DNA from: a virus
Strand: one strand, 5' to 3'
DNA: 64,000 bases
IMG/VR virus record: IMGVR_UViG_3300032287_004273
Location: 1-64,000 of that record
Below the pieces are notes generated by a model, which did no database searches, had not been told where the DNA came from, and saw only the letters and a program-made list of their open reading frames with translations. The position numbers and the translations under genes were made by a program. This document shows positions 1 to 10,293 of this stretch, in pieces. Positions within the stretch are counted from its first letter, which is position 1, and each line of letters begins with the position of its first letter.

Positions 1-122
1 GACGTAGTAACGAAGCTGCCAGTGTCAGCGGAAAGTGCGAACACGCCCGTTTGAGACGTAGTAACGAAGCTGCCAGTGTCAGCGGAAAGTGCGAACACGC
101 CCGTTTGAGACGTAGTAACGAA
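1..122. repeat. Perfect 54-bp coding tandem repeat (2 copies plus a partial one)
   Basis: gacgtagtaacgaagctgccagtgtcagcggaaagtgcgaacacgcccgtttga at 1-54 and 55-108; partial at 109-122; degenerate copies to about 220. Confidence 0.95.
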
Positions 123-443
123 ACCACCTGTCTGTGACGTAGTTACGAAATTGCCAGTATCAGCGGAAAGCGCAAACACCCCCGTTTGGGACGTAGTTAC
201 GAAATTGCCCGTTTGACCAGTACTTACAAATTTAGAAGTACTTACATAATTAGTAACTTGCCCAGTTGTTGGGAAAGTTCCAGTGTTAACGAAACTGCTT
301 ACTGCCCCAGTTGTGGAAAAAGTTCCAGTGTTTACATAACTTGTGACAGCACCTGTTGTAGCAAAAGTTCCAGAATCAACATACTGAGTAACTGTTCCAG
401 TTGTAACTACTTGATTTAATGGAATTCTTCTAATTAATGCCAT
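1..443 (-). CDS. Repeat-rich putative tail fibre/virion protein (partial; runs off the left edge)
   Basis: Not in ORF track. ATG at 443; open frame MALIRRIPLNQVVTTGTVTQYVDSGTF... then FVTTSQTG / VFALSADTG repeats to the window edge. Confidence 0.7.
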   Translation of the reverse strand, partial: MALIRRIPLNQVVTTGTVTQYVDSGTFATTGAVTSYVNTGTFSTTGAVSSFVNTGTFPTTGQVTNYVSTSKFVSTGQTGNFVTTSQTGVFALSADTGNFVTTSQTGGFVTTSQTGVFALSADTGSFVTTSQTGVFALSADTGSFVTT

Positions 444-445
444 AA

Positions 446-922
446 TTAAGCCCTATAATAAATATTAGCTAAAACTCCAACGCCAGCTCCATCCCAAGGT
501 ATTGTGCCAGCTGCATCTTCGCTAATTTTTACTATAATGCCTTGGAACCCCTCCATAGAATATGGAAAATTTTGCTCTATTGTTGAATATCCATACATTG
601 GATAAGTTAATATTGGAGTAGGTGAACCTGTGTAAGGATTGCTATAAAATTGAATAAAGAGAGGTTCATCAGTAGTATTATTATCTATGAAAAATCCAGC
701 AAGTTTTGTTGCAGAATCACTAACTGAAACAGCTTCTCCAGATAAAGCGATATTCCTGTAACCAGAAATAGAAGGGGGCGCGAAACTAAATGAAGCTTCT
801 CCTGCAAAATCTGCAGGGATCATTGGACGCCATTCGCCCAAAGTTCCATCATATATATAATTTAAATTGGGGGTAATTTTTCCCCCTTGTATAGCCGAAG
901 ATGGAAATACGGGATTTGGCAT
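446..922 (-). CDS. Hypothetical protein, probably virion-associated
   Basis: 158-aa ORF tightly packed in a minus-strand operon with the repeat-rich gene. Confidence 0.7.
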   Translation of the reverse strand: MPNPVFPSSAIQGGKITPNLNYIYDGTLGEWRPMIPADFAGEASFSFAPPSISGYRNIALSGEAVSVSDSATKLAGFFIDNNTTDEPLFIQFYSNPYTGSPTPILTYPMYGYSTIEQNFPYSMEGFQGIIVKISEDAAGTIPWDGAGVGVLANIYYRA

Positions 923-923
923 A

Positions 924-1172
924 TTAAGAATATAAAATTATACCTGTAGCTGTAGCTGCTGAAGTTTTAATAGTTTTAAAAGGAATTGGATTCGGAAAAG
1001 TTACACTCTGATCTGCGGCAACATGTATTCCATGTTGATTATCTATAGTGATCATTATATTGGCATTTGCTCCATTATAAATGCCATGAATTAAACTCGC
1101 TCCAGTAATACAAATATTATTTGTAGATGTTAAAGTATATAATTTACCTAAATTTAAGTAATTTTGACTCAT
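924..1172 (-). CDS. Hypothetical protein, probably virion-associated
   Basis: 82-aa ORF; GTGTAA motif 9 nt before its ATG. Confidence 0.7.
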   Translation of the reverse strand: MSQNYLNLGKLYTLTSTNNICITGASLIHGIYNGANANIMITIDNQHGIHVAADQSVTFPNPIPFKTIKTSAATATGIILYS

Positions 1173-1223
1173 ACTCTTTTTTTACACTTTCTAGAAACTT
1201 AATCTTAAATAATTATAATCAAT

Positions 1224-1697
1224 ATGAATTTTAGTTTATATAAACCAAACTCAAAAGTTACAGGATGTGCATTTCAATTTAAAGTAGGGAGTGGTAAAAA
1301 TTCTGAAAAAACTTTATACGTCAGCGCTATTCAACAAGCTTCTTGGAACGAAAATACAAAAACTGGATCTTTCTCTGAAAATGCAAAAAATCCAGAGAAA
1401 AATCTTAACATTAAATTAAATGTTAATGAAATAGGAGGTTTTCTATATTCAATTAGGCAATACAAAGACTTTTCCGCTTTCCACACATACGAAGAAAATA
1501 AAACACAAATTTCATTTAAGCCATACCAAAAAAAGGATGGAACTGATGCCTTTTCTTTTTCTATATCTAGGAATGGAAATCAAAAATTTGGAATTGGCAT
1601 TGAATTGGGCGAAGCAGAAGCTTTAGCAGAATTCTTAAAGTTTTCACTATCTGAAATCTTCAACAGTAGAACGAATTCCTCTAAACAAGAAGAATAA
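1224..1697 (+). CDS. Putative Whirly/PC4-like ssDNA-binding protein
   Basis: Segments FSLYK, KLNVNEIG, SAFH, DAFSFSI and IELGEAEAL follow the order of Whirly-domain motifs (by eye). Confidence 0.45.
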   Translation: MNFSLYKPNSKVTGCAFQFKVGSGKNSEKTLYVSAIQQASWNENTKTGSFSENAKNPEKNLNIKLNVNEIGGFLYSIRQYKDFSAFHTYEENKTQISFKPYQKKDGTDAFSFSISRNGNQKFGIGIELGEAEALAEFLKFSLSEIFNSRTNSSKQEE

Positions 1698-3595
1698 TGA
1701 AGAAAAAAATTCTCTTTCATTCTAACTACTCTAGAGCATTTACTGGTTTTGGTAAGAATGCTAAAAATATTCTTCGTTATTTATTTAATACTGGAAAGTA
1801 CGAAATAATTGAAGCTGCAAATGGAATGCCATTTGAGTCCGAAGAGACTGCAAGACAGCCTTGGAAAAGTTATGGCACTTATCCAAACCAGCAAAAACTA
1901 GAGCAATTAAAAGCTCAAGATCCAAACATTGAAAGAAGTTTGGGTTATGGAGCTGGAATGATTGATGATTTAATTAAACTAGTCAAACCAGATATTTATG
2001 TCGGTGTGGAAGATATTTGGGGATTTAATGGTTATTGGGACAAGCCTTGGTGGAGCAAAATTAATTCAGTCGTTTGGACAACTTTAGACAGTTTGCCAAT
2101 TCTACCAGATGCAGTTAATGCCGCCCCTAAGATTAAAAATTATTATGTTTGGGCTTCTTTTGCAGAGAGGGCATTAAAGGGCTTGGGTTACAGTAATGTA
2201 AAAACATTGCGTGGATGTTTGGATACTTCTAAATTTTTTAAGATTGAAGATCAGCAAAGAACAAAGCTGAGAAAAGATTTTGGATTAGATGATTCTTTTT
2301 TGATTGGATTTGTATTTAGGAATCAATTAAGAAAATCAGTTCCAAATTTATTGGAGGGATTTTCCATTTTTAGATCTAATAATCCACGAGCAAATGCTAA
2401 ATTATTGCTCCACACTCATTGGTCTGAAGGTTGGGATATTCCAAGATTATTAAGAGAAAAAAATATTCCCGAAAATTTAGTTTATACAACTTATTTTTGT
2501 CACGCTTGTAATAATTACGAAGTTAAGCCATTTACTCGACAAAATATTGGATGCAAGTTTTGTGGCAATCCAAATAGCCAAGTAACTACAAATGTTACAG
2601 CTGGAGTTTCAGATAAACAATTGAATGAGATTTATAACTTGATGGATGTATATTGCCATCCATTTACTAGTGGTGGTCAAGAAATTCCAATTCAAGAAGC
2701 AAAACTTGCGGAATTAATTACGTTGGTCACCAATTATTCTTGTGGTGAAGATAGCTGCACTAAAGAAAGTGGTGGCATGTCATTGGATTGGACTGAGTAT
2801 AGAGAACCTGGAACTCAATTTATTAAAGCTTCAACTTGTCCACAAAGTATTAATCAAAGACTTACGGAAGTTTTTTTCATGCATCCAGATAAAAAAAATA
2901 CAATTGGACAGCTTGCCAGAAAATGGACAATAGATAATTTTTCTATTGAAGTCATCGGGAAAAAATTGGAAGAAATGTTTGATTCATTTCCGCAGGTTGA
3001 TTATGATTTTTCTTTTGAAGAGCAACAACCAAATATAGAATATGTAATTCCTGAAATTGAAGATAATGAGGAATTTATCATAGATCTTTATGCAAACATA
3101 TTGAAAGAAAACATAGACAGAAATCATGCATTTTGTTTAGAATGGATGAATCAATTAAAATTTGGCGCTTCCAAAAAGCAAATTTATGATCATTTAATTA
3201 ATCAAGCGAAACAAAAATTAAATAAACCAAAACAAATTAATTTTGAAGATCTCTTAGATAAAGATGATGAAGGCAAGCGATTGGCTGTTGTAATTCCTCA
3301 ATCTGGTGGAGATGTATTAATGGTCAATTCACTTCTTGAAAATTTAAAATCTCTATATCCCGAGTATAATATATATATTTTTACTGATCCAAAATTTTTC
3401 GATTTAATTAGAGACAATCCAGTAGTACATAAAGTTTTACCATATAATCCAATTTGTGATAATTTATTATTTTTAGAAGGCCAAGGAGCGCATAAGGGAT
3501 TTTTCGAATTAGCATTTTTACCACACACCACAACTCAAAAATTTTTCGCCTACCAACATAACGGAAAAGATAAAATTCAATTTTCATTAGTATAA
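1697..3595 (+). CDS. Glycosyltransferase (GT-B, GT4-like) with CxxC...CxxC insertion and C-terminal GT9-like segment
   Basis: TGFGK, RNQLRK, IYNLMDVYCHPFTSGGQEIPIQEA; C-terminal SGGDVLM. Confidence 0.8.
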   Translation: MKKKILFHSNYSRAFTGFGKNAKNILRYLFNTGKYEIIEAANGMPFESEETARQPWKSYGTYPNQQKLEQLKAQDPNIERSLGYGAGMIDDLIKLVKPDIYVGVEDIWGFNGYWDKPWWSKINSVVWTTLDSLPILPDAVNAAPKIKNYYVWASFAERALKGLGYSNVKTLRGCLDTSKFFKIEDQQRTKLRKDFGLDDSFLIGFVFRNQLRKSVPNLLEGFSIFRSNNPRANAKLLLHTHWSEGWDIPRLLREKNIPENLVYTTYFCHACNNYEVKPFTRQNIGCKFCGNPNSQVTTNVTAGVSDKQLNEIYNLMDVYCHPFTSGGQEIPIQEAKLAELITLVTNYSCGEDSCTKESGGMSLDWTEYREPGTQFIKASTCPQSINQRLTEVFFMHPDKKNTIGQLARKWTIDNFSIEVIGKKLEEMFDSFPQVDYDFSFEEQQPNIEYVIPEIEDNEEFIIDLYANILKENIDRNHAFCLEWMNQLKFGASKKQIYDHLINQAKQKLNKPKQINFEDLLDKDDEGKRLAVVIPQSGGDVLMVNSLLENLKSLYPEYNIYIFTDPKFFDLIRDNPVVHKVLPYNPICDNLLFLEGQGAHKGFFELAFLPHTTTQKFFAYQHNGKDKIQFSLV

Positions 3596-3596
3596 T

Positions 3597-4832
3597 ATGT
3601 CACATCTCATAGAGGAATACGCAAAATCGCTTGGTGTAAAAATTGGAAAACCTTATTTGTGCGAACATTTTTATCCAGCTATTGACGATAAATATATAAC
3701 AATTCACACTGACAAAAAAATTGATTCAAAAAATTATGAATACTTTCCACAAGTGCTTAACTTAATAAAGCAAATTTTAAATAAAAAAGGATATAAAATA
3801 TATCAAATTGGAGGACCAGAAGATCCAAAACTTGAAAATGTAGATGGACGGTTTTTAAATTTAAATTTTAAACAATCCGCATATTTAATAAAAAAATCTA
3901 AATTACATTTTGGCATTGATAGTCTACCAGTTCATATAGCAAGCATTTACGATATACCAATAGTAGCCCTATATTCACACACTTACGCAGCAAACGCATA
4001 TCCATACTGGTCCTCAAAAGAAAATGTCACTCTAATTGAATCTGATAAAAATGGAATTAAACCATCATTCTCTTATCAAGAGAATCCAAAAACAATTAGA
4101 AACATCAAACCAGAAAATGTCGCTCAAGCAGTTTTGGATTCATTAAAGATAAAAGAAAAAATTAATTTTAATACATTAAGAATAGGTAGTCATTATCATA
4201 TTAAAGTTGTTGAAATTGTCCCCAATTTTAAAGCAAACTTAGAAGATCAGAAAGATAAAACTATCTACATTAGAGCGGATCTACATAATGACGATCAAAC
4301 AATTGCATTTTGGTGCGCAAATTATAAAACAAAAATTATCGCATCTAATGAAATTCCAATTCCATTGATTAAGCAATTTGCATCAAACATTGAACATATT
4401 TATTTTAAAATAAAAAACAAATTAATTAGTAACGACTATTTTGAATCAGTTAAAAACTGTAAAGTAAACTTTACAATATGTATTGATGATGAAGAAAATG
4501 TCGCCGAAATAAGAAATCATTACTTTGATTTTAGAGTAGAATTCGATAACATAAAAGAAAGAATTCAAAAAATTAAAAAACAAAATGGTTATTTTTTAAC
4601 TAATAAAATCTTACTTTCAGAAAGTGTTTTTTATCCTAGTGAGGCTCATTTAAATGCAAACAAAAAACTTGACATGGTTAACGAAGTGATGCATGATGAC
4701 GATGCATTTTGGAAAGATGCAGAACACTTCTATATTTATGACTTCATCATCAGAGAAACAATCGAAAGCGCAAACTCAGAACCCCAAGAATGCTCAAGAG
4801 AACTTGAGGAAAGCGAACGGACTCCTATCTAA
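3597..4832 (+). CDS. Glycosyltransferase family 9-like (heptosyltransferase-like) protein
   Basis: IYQIGG...LIKKSKLHFGIDSLPVHIAS..PIVALYS motif. Confidence 0.75.
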   Translation: MSHLIEEYAKSLGVKIGKPYLCEHFYPAIDDKYITIHTDKKIDSKNYEYFPQVLNLIKQILNKKGYKIYQIGGPEDPKLENVDGRFLNLNFKQSAYLIKKSKLHFGIDSLPVHIASIYDIPIVALYSHTYAANAYPYWSSKENVTLIESDKNGIKPSFSYQENPKTIRNIKPENVAQAVLDSLKIKEKINFNTLRIGSHYHIKVVEIVPNFKANLEDQKDKTIYIRADLHNDDQTIAFWCANYKTKIIASNEIPIPLIKQFASNIEHIYFKIKNKLISNDYFESVKNCKVNFTICIDDEENVAEIRNHYFDFRVEFDNIKERIQKIKKQNGYFLTNKILLSESVFYPSEAHLNANKKLDMVNEVMHDDDAFWKDAEHFYIYDFIIRETIESANSEPQECSRELEESERTPI

Positions 4833-5526
4833 CATAGAATACATCTTTAACGAAGATGGCTCAATCAATTGGCGAGCCATGATTAAAACTGAACATCTTT
4901 ACCCAAATAAAGATTGGTTTGAACTTCGTAAGTTAGAGATGCCTCCAACTATAGAGGGATTGGCTGACAATCAATTATTAATTAAGCTTGGTGGATTAAA
5001 GGATCTTGCTAAAATGCGAGGATTTAATTCAGTCTCTTATGAGGTTATTAAATCCGAAAGAGACTATGTTGTCGTTAAGTGTAAAATAAATTGGATAGGT
5101 AATTTTGAAACAAGTGGCATATGTATTGAGTTTGAGGACATGGCTAACGCTTCATTGGAAAATACCAATGATTTCTGTGCCAAATTTCTTGAAACAATTG
5201 CTACAAATCGAGCATTTGTTCGTTGCGTGCGCAATTTCTTAAATATTCACATCGTTGGTGATGATGAAATTGATAAATCAAAAAGCAAAAGTAAAATCTA
5301 TGAAAATTCCGAACAGGTGCAAATTGACGGAGACATCTCTCCACAAAACTTACTAAGGAATCATGCAGTAAAAAAACTAAGCATTAGTAACTTCGAGGAC
5401 TTTAAGCAAAAGCTTAGGGATATGTGGATCTCTGAATCTTATCAAAATCCAGAAGCAAAAAGCTGGAACTCGTTTAAGGATATTCCAGCTAGAGAATGTC
5501 GCAAATTAATCTCAATCATTAATTAA
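4693..5526 (+). CDS. Putative single-strand annealing protein (Rad52/Sak-like fold); start uncertain
   Basis: GGLKDLA...VVVKCKI...ETIATNRAFVRCVRNFLNI resembles the annealing-protein core helix; TTGACA-N17-CATGAT overlaps the 5' end. Confidence 0.45.
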   Translation: MMTMHFGKMQNTSIFMTSSSEKQSKAQTQNPKNAQENLRKANGLLSNIEYIFNEDGSINWRAMIKTEHLYPNKDWFELRKLEMPPTIEGLADNQLLIKLGGLKDLAKMRGFNSVSYEVIKSERDYVVVKCKINWIGNFETSGICIEFEDMANASLENTNDFCAKFLETIATNRAFVRCVRNFLNIHIVGDDEIDKSKSKSKIYENSEQVQIDGDISPQNLLRNHAVKKLSISNFEDFKQKLRDMWISESYQNPEAKSWNSFKDIPARECRKLISIIN

Positions 5527-5527
5527 T

Positions 5528-6001
5528 ATGAAAGAATCAGTAATAAAAAAAATTATTAAAGTTTCAGATTTGGAAAAATTAAGCGAAGATATTAAAAATC
5601 TTCATGAAAAAAATGGAGAAAAGTTTCATCATAATTTAGGATTAATTCATGATAAAGAATTAATAACCAAATCTCTATCTCATGAATCTTTATTGATTTG
5701 GAATATTCACATATGGGGTCATTTTAATGGTGAAAAATTTGATGGAGTAATTGCAACCATTATTAGAAAAAATGAAAAATTTAATAAAAAAATGATGGAT
5801 GAATACATGTGGTATGCGGAAAATTCAAATTGCGGAATGAAACTTTATAAAACAGCAATTAATTTTGCCAAAGAACAGAATTGTGCTTTTGTTAATTTTA
5901 ATTTAATTGAAAATTCAATACATTCAGAAAAATTAAGAAATTTTTATTTAAAAATGGGTTTTATAAAAGATACTGAATCTTACATTAAATTATTAAATTA
6001 A
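5528..6001 (+). CDS. GNAT-family acetyltransferase-like protein
   Basis: CGMKLYKTAINFAKE...LRNFYLKMGF GNAT C-terminal motif. Confidence 0.65.
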   Translation: MKESVIKKIIKVSDLEKLSEDIKNLHEKNGEKFHHNLGLIHDKELITKSLSHESLLIWNIHIWGHFNGEKFDGVIATIIRKNEKFNKKMMDEYMWYAENSNCGMKLYKTAINFAKEQNCAFVNFNLIENSIHSEKLRNFYLKMGFIKDTESYIKLLN

Positions 6002-9000
6002 TACTCTAATAAATTTATACTCATGCTCGAAGGAGGAGAGAATTTAGCCATTGTATCTCCAGCTGCTAAAGAGTAAGCTTCAATCACAATGGTAAAAGTT
6101 CCAATTTCTTTTGGCTTTACCATTTTAAAACTATACAAATTTAAATCTTTGTTGTATGAAGAGTCAGTAGATAAAACTTCTGCTTGGAAATTACTAGTTT
6201 GCTTCGATGGCGTTTTTAGATATATTTTATATTTTTGCGCAAAAGTAACCCCTTTCCATTGAACTAATAAATATCCATTTGAATCTATTGCAGAAAAATT
6301 TTCTATTATTGGAGACTTTAAAGTTTCGGAAGTTGTTTGATTTTTTGTGGCCTCGTAAGCGTTTAAAAAATTAAACGTGTTATGTATTGACAAGTAAGAT
6401 GCAGAAGAACCTTCAATTTTGCAAAACTTGTTTGAATCATATTCAGTGGCAAATATTGAATACTCATTAACATATTCTTCATTAATAGACATGACTTTAA
6501 AAATTTTATTATTCTGATTTTTAAAAGACATTGAGTAGGAAGAACCTATTAATATATCTTTTAATTTAATAGCTGTATCTACGGAAGTTTTTATTTTTTC
6601 AGTACTATTAGATTCAATTGTTCCATATTTAGATAAACTCAATATTGAATATGGAGTTTGATTATTGCTATAATCAACCCATCCAGTTTCATAACTTAAA
6701 ACCTTAAAACTTTCAACAGAAGGTCTATCAGTTTCAATAATATCTGCAAACTTTATGGAATAATTGCTATAATTTGATACATTAAGTTGATTGTATGGAG
6801 TAGTTACTACTTTATTAGAAGTAAAATTCGTAAAAGAAAATGAATCTCTAGTATAAACATCGCTTCCATAAGTATCGGTAATGGAATACTTCATCATTAA
6901 TCCAGTATCTATATATTCAAAAAAGTACTTTTTATGAGGTAATTCAAATTTTATCAATGGATCGCGCAACGAATCAATTTTAAAGAAAGTTTCTGTTTTT
7001 GCGTAAGAGCCAGTTTTAACTTCCCAATGACCATATTCAGAAACTTGATCATTCATGTTGTAACACTGAATGTAAGAAAAACAAACCTTAGTATCAAAAT
7101 TGATAGTTTGAGTGACTCCATTTTGTATTACTTTATAATTACCCTTAAATAAACCAGTATAAGATTTATTTCCATCTGCATTATTTAATGGCAAAAGTGT
7201 GTTTTCGTGACTCAGCAAACCGTCTTGGTATATTGAATTTTGGGGCTGAATTGATTTAAAATACTTTTCTAAAAAAGTTAAATTTTTTACAATTAAATTG
7301 TCGGGATAATATTCTGTTTTGTATAGTAGATCTTCATATTTAGGTTTTATTTTAGGAATATGTAATGCAATTCTCTTTTCGTCAAAAATTTCCTTATCTA
7401 ATAATTTATCAATAACTACGCAAAATTTATTCGCATCAACATTTTTTACGTCCTTAATAACTCCAAAATTTTTCTTGGAATTTATTAATTCATCATTGAT
7501 GCTTATAAAATCTCCAGGCCTATAAAGCAAGGCTTTTAAATCCGTTGTAAAAGAAACGTTTAGATTTTCTTTGGAAGTTTGGTATAAAAAATGCAATCCC
7601 ATTCTTCTAGCTTGAGATTTGGAAGTTATTCCAAAAGCATTTATTTCTTTTTTTAGAATTCCTCTTTTTCTAATTCCCTCAGAATCTTCAACAAATTCTA
7701 TTTTAGGTTTAAAATTATCTTTTTCGTCATTGTAAAGAACGTCTACCGCTGTATACTCGTCGTCTTTTTTATGATTTGCGTAATTAAATAATCCATCTTT
7801 AACGTCTGAATTGTTAAATTCTCCAATTGGATCTTTTGGTCTATCATCTTCAAATGTTATTAAAGAGTTCATGTAATAAACGTGACCCCTAAAAACTGAA
7901 GCAATTTGATTTAACATATCAAATACATTAAATTTTTCTTTTATTATTGCATTAAAAGCATGTCTAGGTTCTAATCCTCCGTAGGCATCTGGAACTCCTA
8001 GATATTTTCCATTTTCATCTACAGCGTCACACCATCTAGCTATTTTATAAAGTTCCCAAACATCAACTTGCTCAGATTCTATATAATTTCCCAAACCATA
8101 TCTTTTATTTATTAAAATATCCATTAAAATCCAAGCAGGATTATTTGTCCAAGACAATTTAAATGTTCCATCCCAATCTCCAGAGTAAATCACGACATTT
8201 TTGCCACTATTTAAATACCTAAGATCTTCTCCATTTGCATTATTTGGAAAATAATTACTTGGAACTAAAACTTTTTTAAGCTTGCAATCAAAAGTCCTGA
8301 CTGGTATTTGAGAGAAAGCTCTTGAATCTATCTTTGTTCCAACAATGGCGGAAAATGGATAAGAAAAATTTTGAGGTATTATTTCGGTAACTTTTTCTAA
8401 TGAAATTGCTTTATTTATTAATGACGATAAAGTTTCATGAGATAATCTTTTTACTTTAACATATCTTTTTATAGGTGTATTTGTCGCAGTATCTATTTTG
8501 GCTGGAGGAATTTGTATTGTTATTTTATTATTTTCTGTGAAGAGATTTGGATTTCTTTCTTCATTCGTAAAAAATACAGAAGGGGAAAAAACTCTTGCAT
8601 GAGTTTCATCTTTAATAACGTTTGTTTCGAATGGTCCACAAAAAGCTATAGGAGCCCTTTCATTATCTATTAAATTTAAATTTGAAAGGGCAAAAGAATC
8701 AGATGGGATATGCTTTCTTTTAACTAATTCTTCTTTTATTTTATTTAATAATACAGGTTCTTCGTTTTGGATTGAATCAAGAGGCAAAACAATTCTCATA
8801 ACATTATAAGTTATATTTTTTTGTGGAACAATCGGCGAATTTGCAAAATATTGTACGTCATCTATAAATCCCATTGCTTTTAAAGCTTTCCAAGTGCAAG
8901 CAGTTTTACCAGGGCTAGAAACTGGTGAAACATATTCTTCTGCAGTCGTGGTTAATACAAGATCATCGTTAGTAGGGGTAATGCCATCCCATACATTATT

Positions 9001-10284
9001 TTTATTTTTTGACGTTCCAAGTATTACATCAGTAGTTTTTGTAGCAACAGTATAAAAATACTCATAATTCATTAAATTGATCAAATCAGAAAAATAAGGT
9101 TGATGAGGATCTTGTCTCATCAATATTGAAATTGGTCCTGATGTTTTAAAATTTAAACAGCTAATTCCTGCAAATGCAGAAGTCCCTAAATTATATTGAG
9201 TAGCTGTTTGTGTCGCAGTTTTAGTTACATCAAGACCTCTTGGAAGCGCATTTATTTGCATGTTATATGTGCCACCTGTCCTTCGTATTAAGGGAGTTGA
9301 TCCAAGTTTAAATGAGCCATTTGCGGTATTTAGAAAAAAATAATTATTTCTACTATCTTCTCCATATCTAGAATAATAATAATAATTTTTTATAGGAAGA
9401 TTCGTGTTCCATGTACTTGTAAGTGTTCCCGCCGCTCCTTTGTAGTTAGTTATTTCAAATTTAACTCCGCCAGTTACCGTCGTTGCAAACGTCATGTTTA
9501 AATATTTAGAATATATTCTTTTAGTTACCGCTTTATATAAACATACAGTTTCTTCGGTAGTTGGGTTGGGTATGGTAGTGGCACTTGCGGAAATTTCTTT
9601 TCCGAAAAGAAATGCTCTATTTGGATAGTATGTAAAATAAAAATATTGAACAGTTTGAGCAGTATTGGTAAAATTTACAATACCTGGTCGATTTGCAGCT
9701 AGAGATTCAACAAAAGTAGTCGTGGTTCCAGTAAAAGTATCTGGACCCGATTTTAATAATTGATATATATCAATAGAATCTGCATCAGTACTTGAATAAT
9801 AATCGTAATCTAAAAATTTTGTAATTTCATTTGTTGGAGCGGATAAATAATATATAAAATATTCACTAATTCCTCCTCCATTCCTTTTATTAAAAATCCA
9901 AAATTTAATATTATTAGATATTCTATCTACTGACGCAAGACTTGAATCTATTAATGAATTTGGATTGATTACTGGAGTCTTTATTATGCTAGAAGAGTAA
10001 ACACTAAGTCCATTATTAAAAGTAATATCTGACTCTGTAGTAGTTGGGCTATTAATCGAATATTTATAAGATAAATTTTTAGAACTTATAATCGTTTTAA
10101 TTAAAGAAAAATCATAAGTTTGATATCTATCAATTAAACTTTTCTTTTTTAATTCCATCAAAATAGCATCTCTATGCGTTAATAAATTAGCATCTTCATT
10201 AAGATCTAAAACTCTAGTTTTAGTTATTGATATTGCTGCTTTTTTTTGAAAAATAAAAGAGCTACTGGCATTAGTGAGTCCCAT
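5998..10284 (-). CDS. Tail tip/host-specificity protein, lambda gpJ-like central and C-terminal part
   Basis: YPFSAIVG, VLVPSNY, YSGDWDGTFK..WTNNPAWIL.D, RYGLG, WELYKIARWCD, AFGITSKSQARR; C-terminal FN3-like segment. Confidence 0.9.
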   Translation of the reverse strand: MGLTNASSSFIFQKKAAISITKTRVLDLNEDANLLTHRDAILMELKKKSLIDRYQTYDFSLIKTIISSKNLSYKYSINSPTTTESDITFNNGLSVYSSSIIKTPVINPNSLIDSSLASVDRISNNIKFWIFNKRNGGGISEYFIYYLSAPTNEITKFLDYDYYSSTDADSIDIYQLLKSGPDTFTGTTTTFVESLAANRPGIVNFTNTAQTVQYFYFTYYPNRAFLFGKEISASATTIPNPTTEETVCLYKAVTKRIYSKYLNMTFATTVTGGVKFEITNYKGAAGTLTSTWNTNLPIKNYYYYSRYGEDSRNNYFFLNTANGSFKLGSTPLIRRTGGTYNMQINALPRGLDVTKTATQTATQYNLGTSAFAGISCLNFKTSGPISILMRQDPHQPYFSDLINLMNYEYFYTVATKTTDVILGTSKNKNNVWDGITPTNDDLVLTTTAEEYVSPVSSPGKTACTWKALKAMGFIDDVQYFANSPIVPQKNITYNVMRIVLPLDSIQNEEPVLLNKIKEELVKRKHIPSDSFALSNLNLIDNERAPIAFCGPFETNVIKDETHARVFSPSVFFTNEERNPNLFTENNKITIQIPPAKIDTATNTPIKRYVKVKRLSHETLSSLINKAISLEKVTEIIPQNFSYPFSAIVGTKIDSRAFSQIPVRTFDCKLKKVLVPSNYFPNNANGEDLRYLNSGKNVVIYSGDWDGTFKLSWTNNPAWILMDILINKRYGLGNYIESEQVDVWELYKIARWCDAVDENGKYLGVPDAYGGLEPRHAFNAIIKEKFNVFDMLNQIASVFRGHVYYMNSLITFEDDRPKDPIGEFNNSDVKDGLFNYANHKKDDEYTAVDVLYNDEKDNFKPKIEFVEDSEGIRKRGILKKEINAFGITSKSQARRMGLHFLYQTSKENLNVSFTTDLKALLYRPGDFISINDELINSKKNFGVIKDVKNVDANKFCVVIDKLLDKEIFDEKRIALHIPKIKPKYEDLLYKTEYYPDNLIVKNLTFLEKYFKSIQPQNSIYQDGLLSHENTLLPLNNADGNKSYTGLFKGNYKVIQNGVTQTINFDTKVCFSYIQCYNMNDQVSEYGHWEVKTGSYAKTETFFKIDSLRDPLIKFELPHKKYFFEYIDTGLMMKYSITDTYGSDVYTRDSFSFTNFTSNKVVTTPYNQLNVSNYSNYSIKFADIIETDRPSVESFKVLSYETGWVDYSNNQTPYSILSLSKYGTIESNSTEKIKTSVDTAIKLKDILIGSSYSMSFKNQNNKIFKVMSINEEYVNEYSIFATEYDSNKFCKIEGSSASYLSIHNTFNFLNAYEATKNQTTSETLKSPIIENFSAIDSNGYLLVQWKGVTFAQKYKIYLKTPSKQTSNFQAEVLSTDSSYNKDLNLYSFKMVKPKEIGTFTIVIEAYSLAAGDTMAKFSPPSSMSINLLEY

Positions 10285-10293
10285 ATTAATTAA

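Noticed and set aside
186-419. Plus-strand 77-aa ORF
   Set aside because: Antisense shadow of the repeat-rich minus-strand gene
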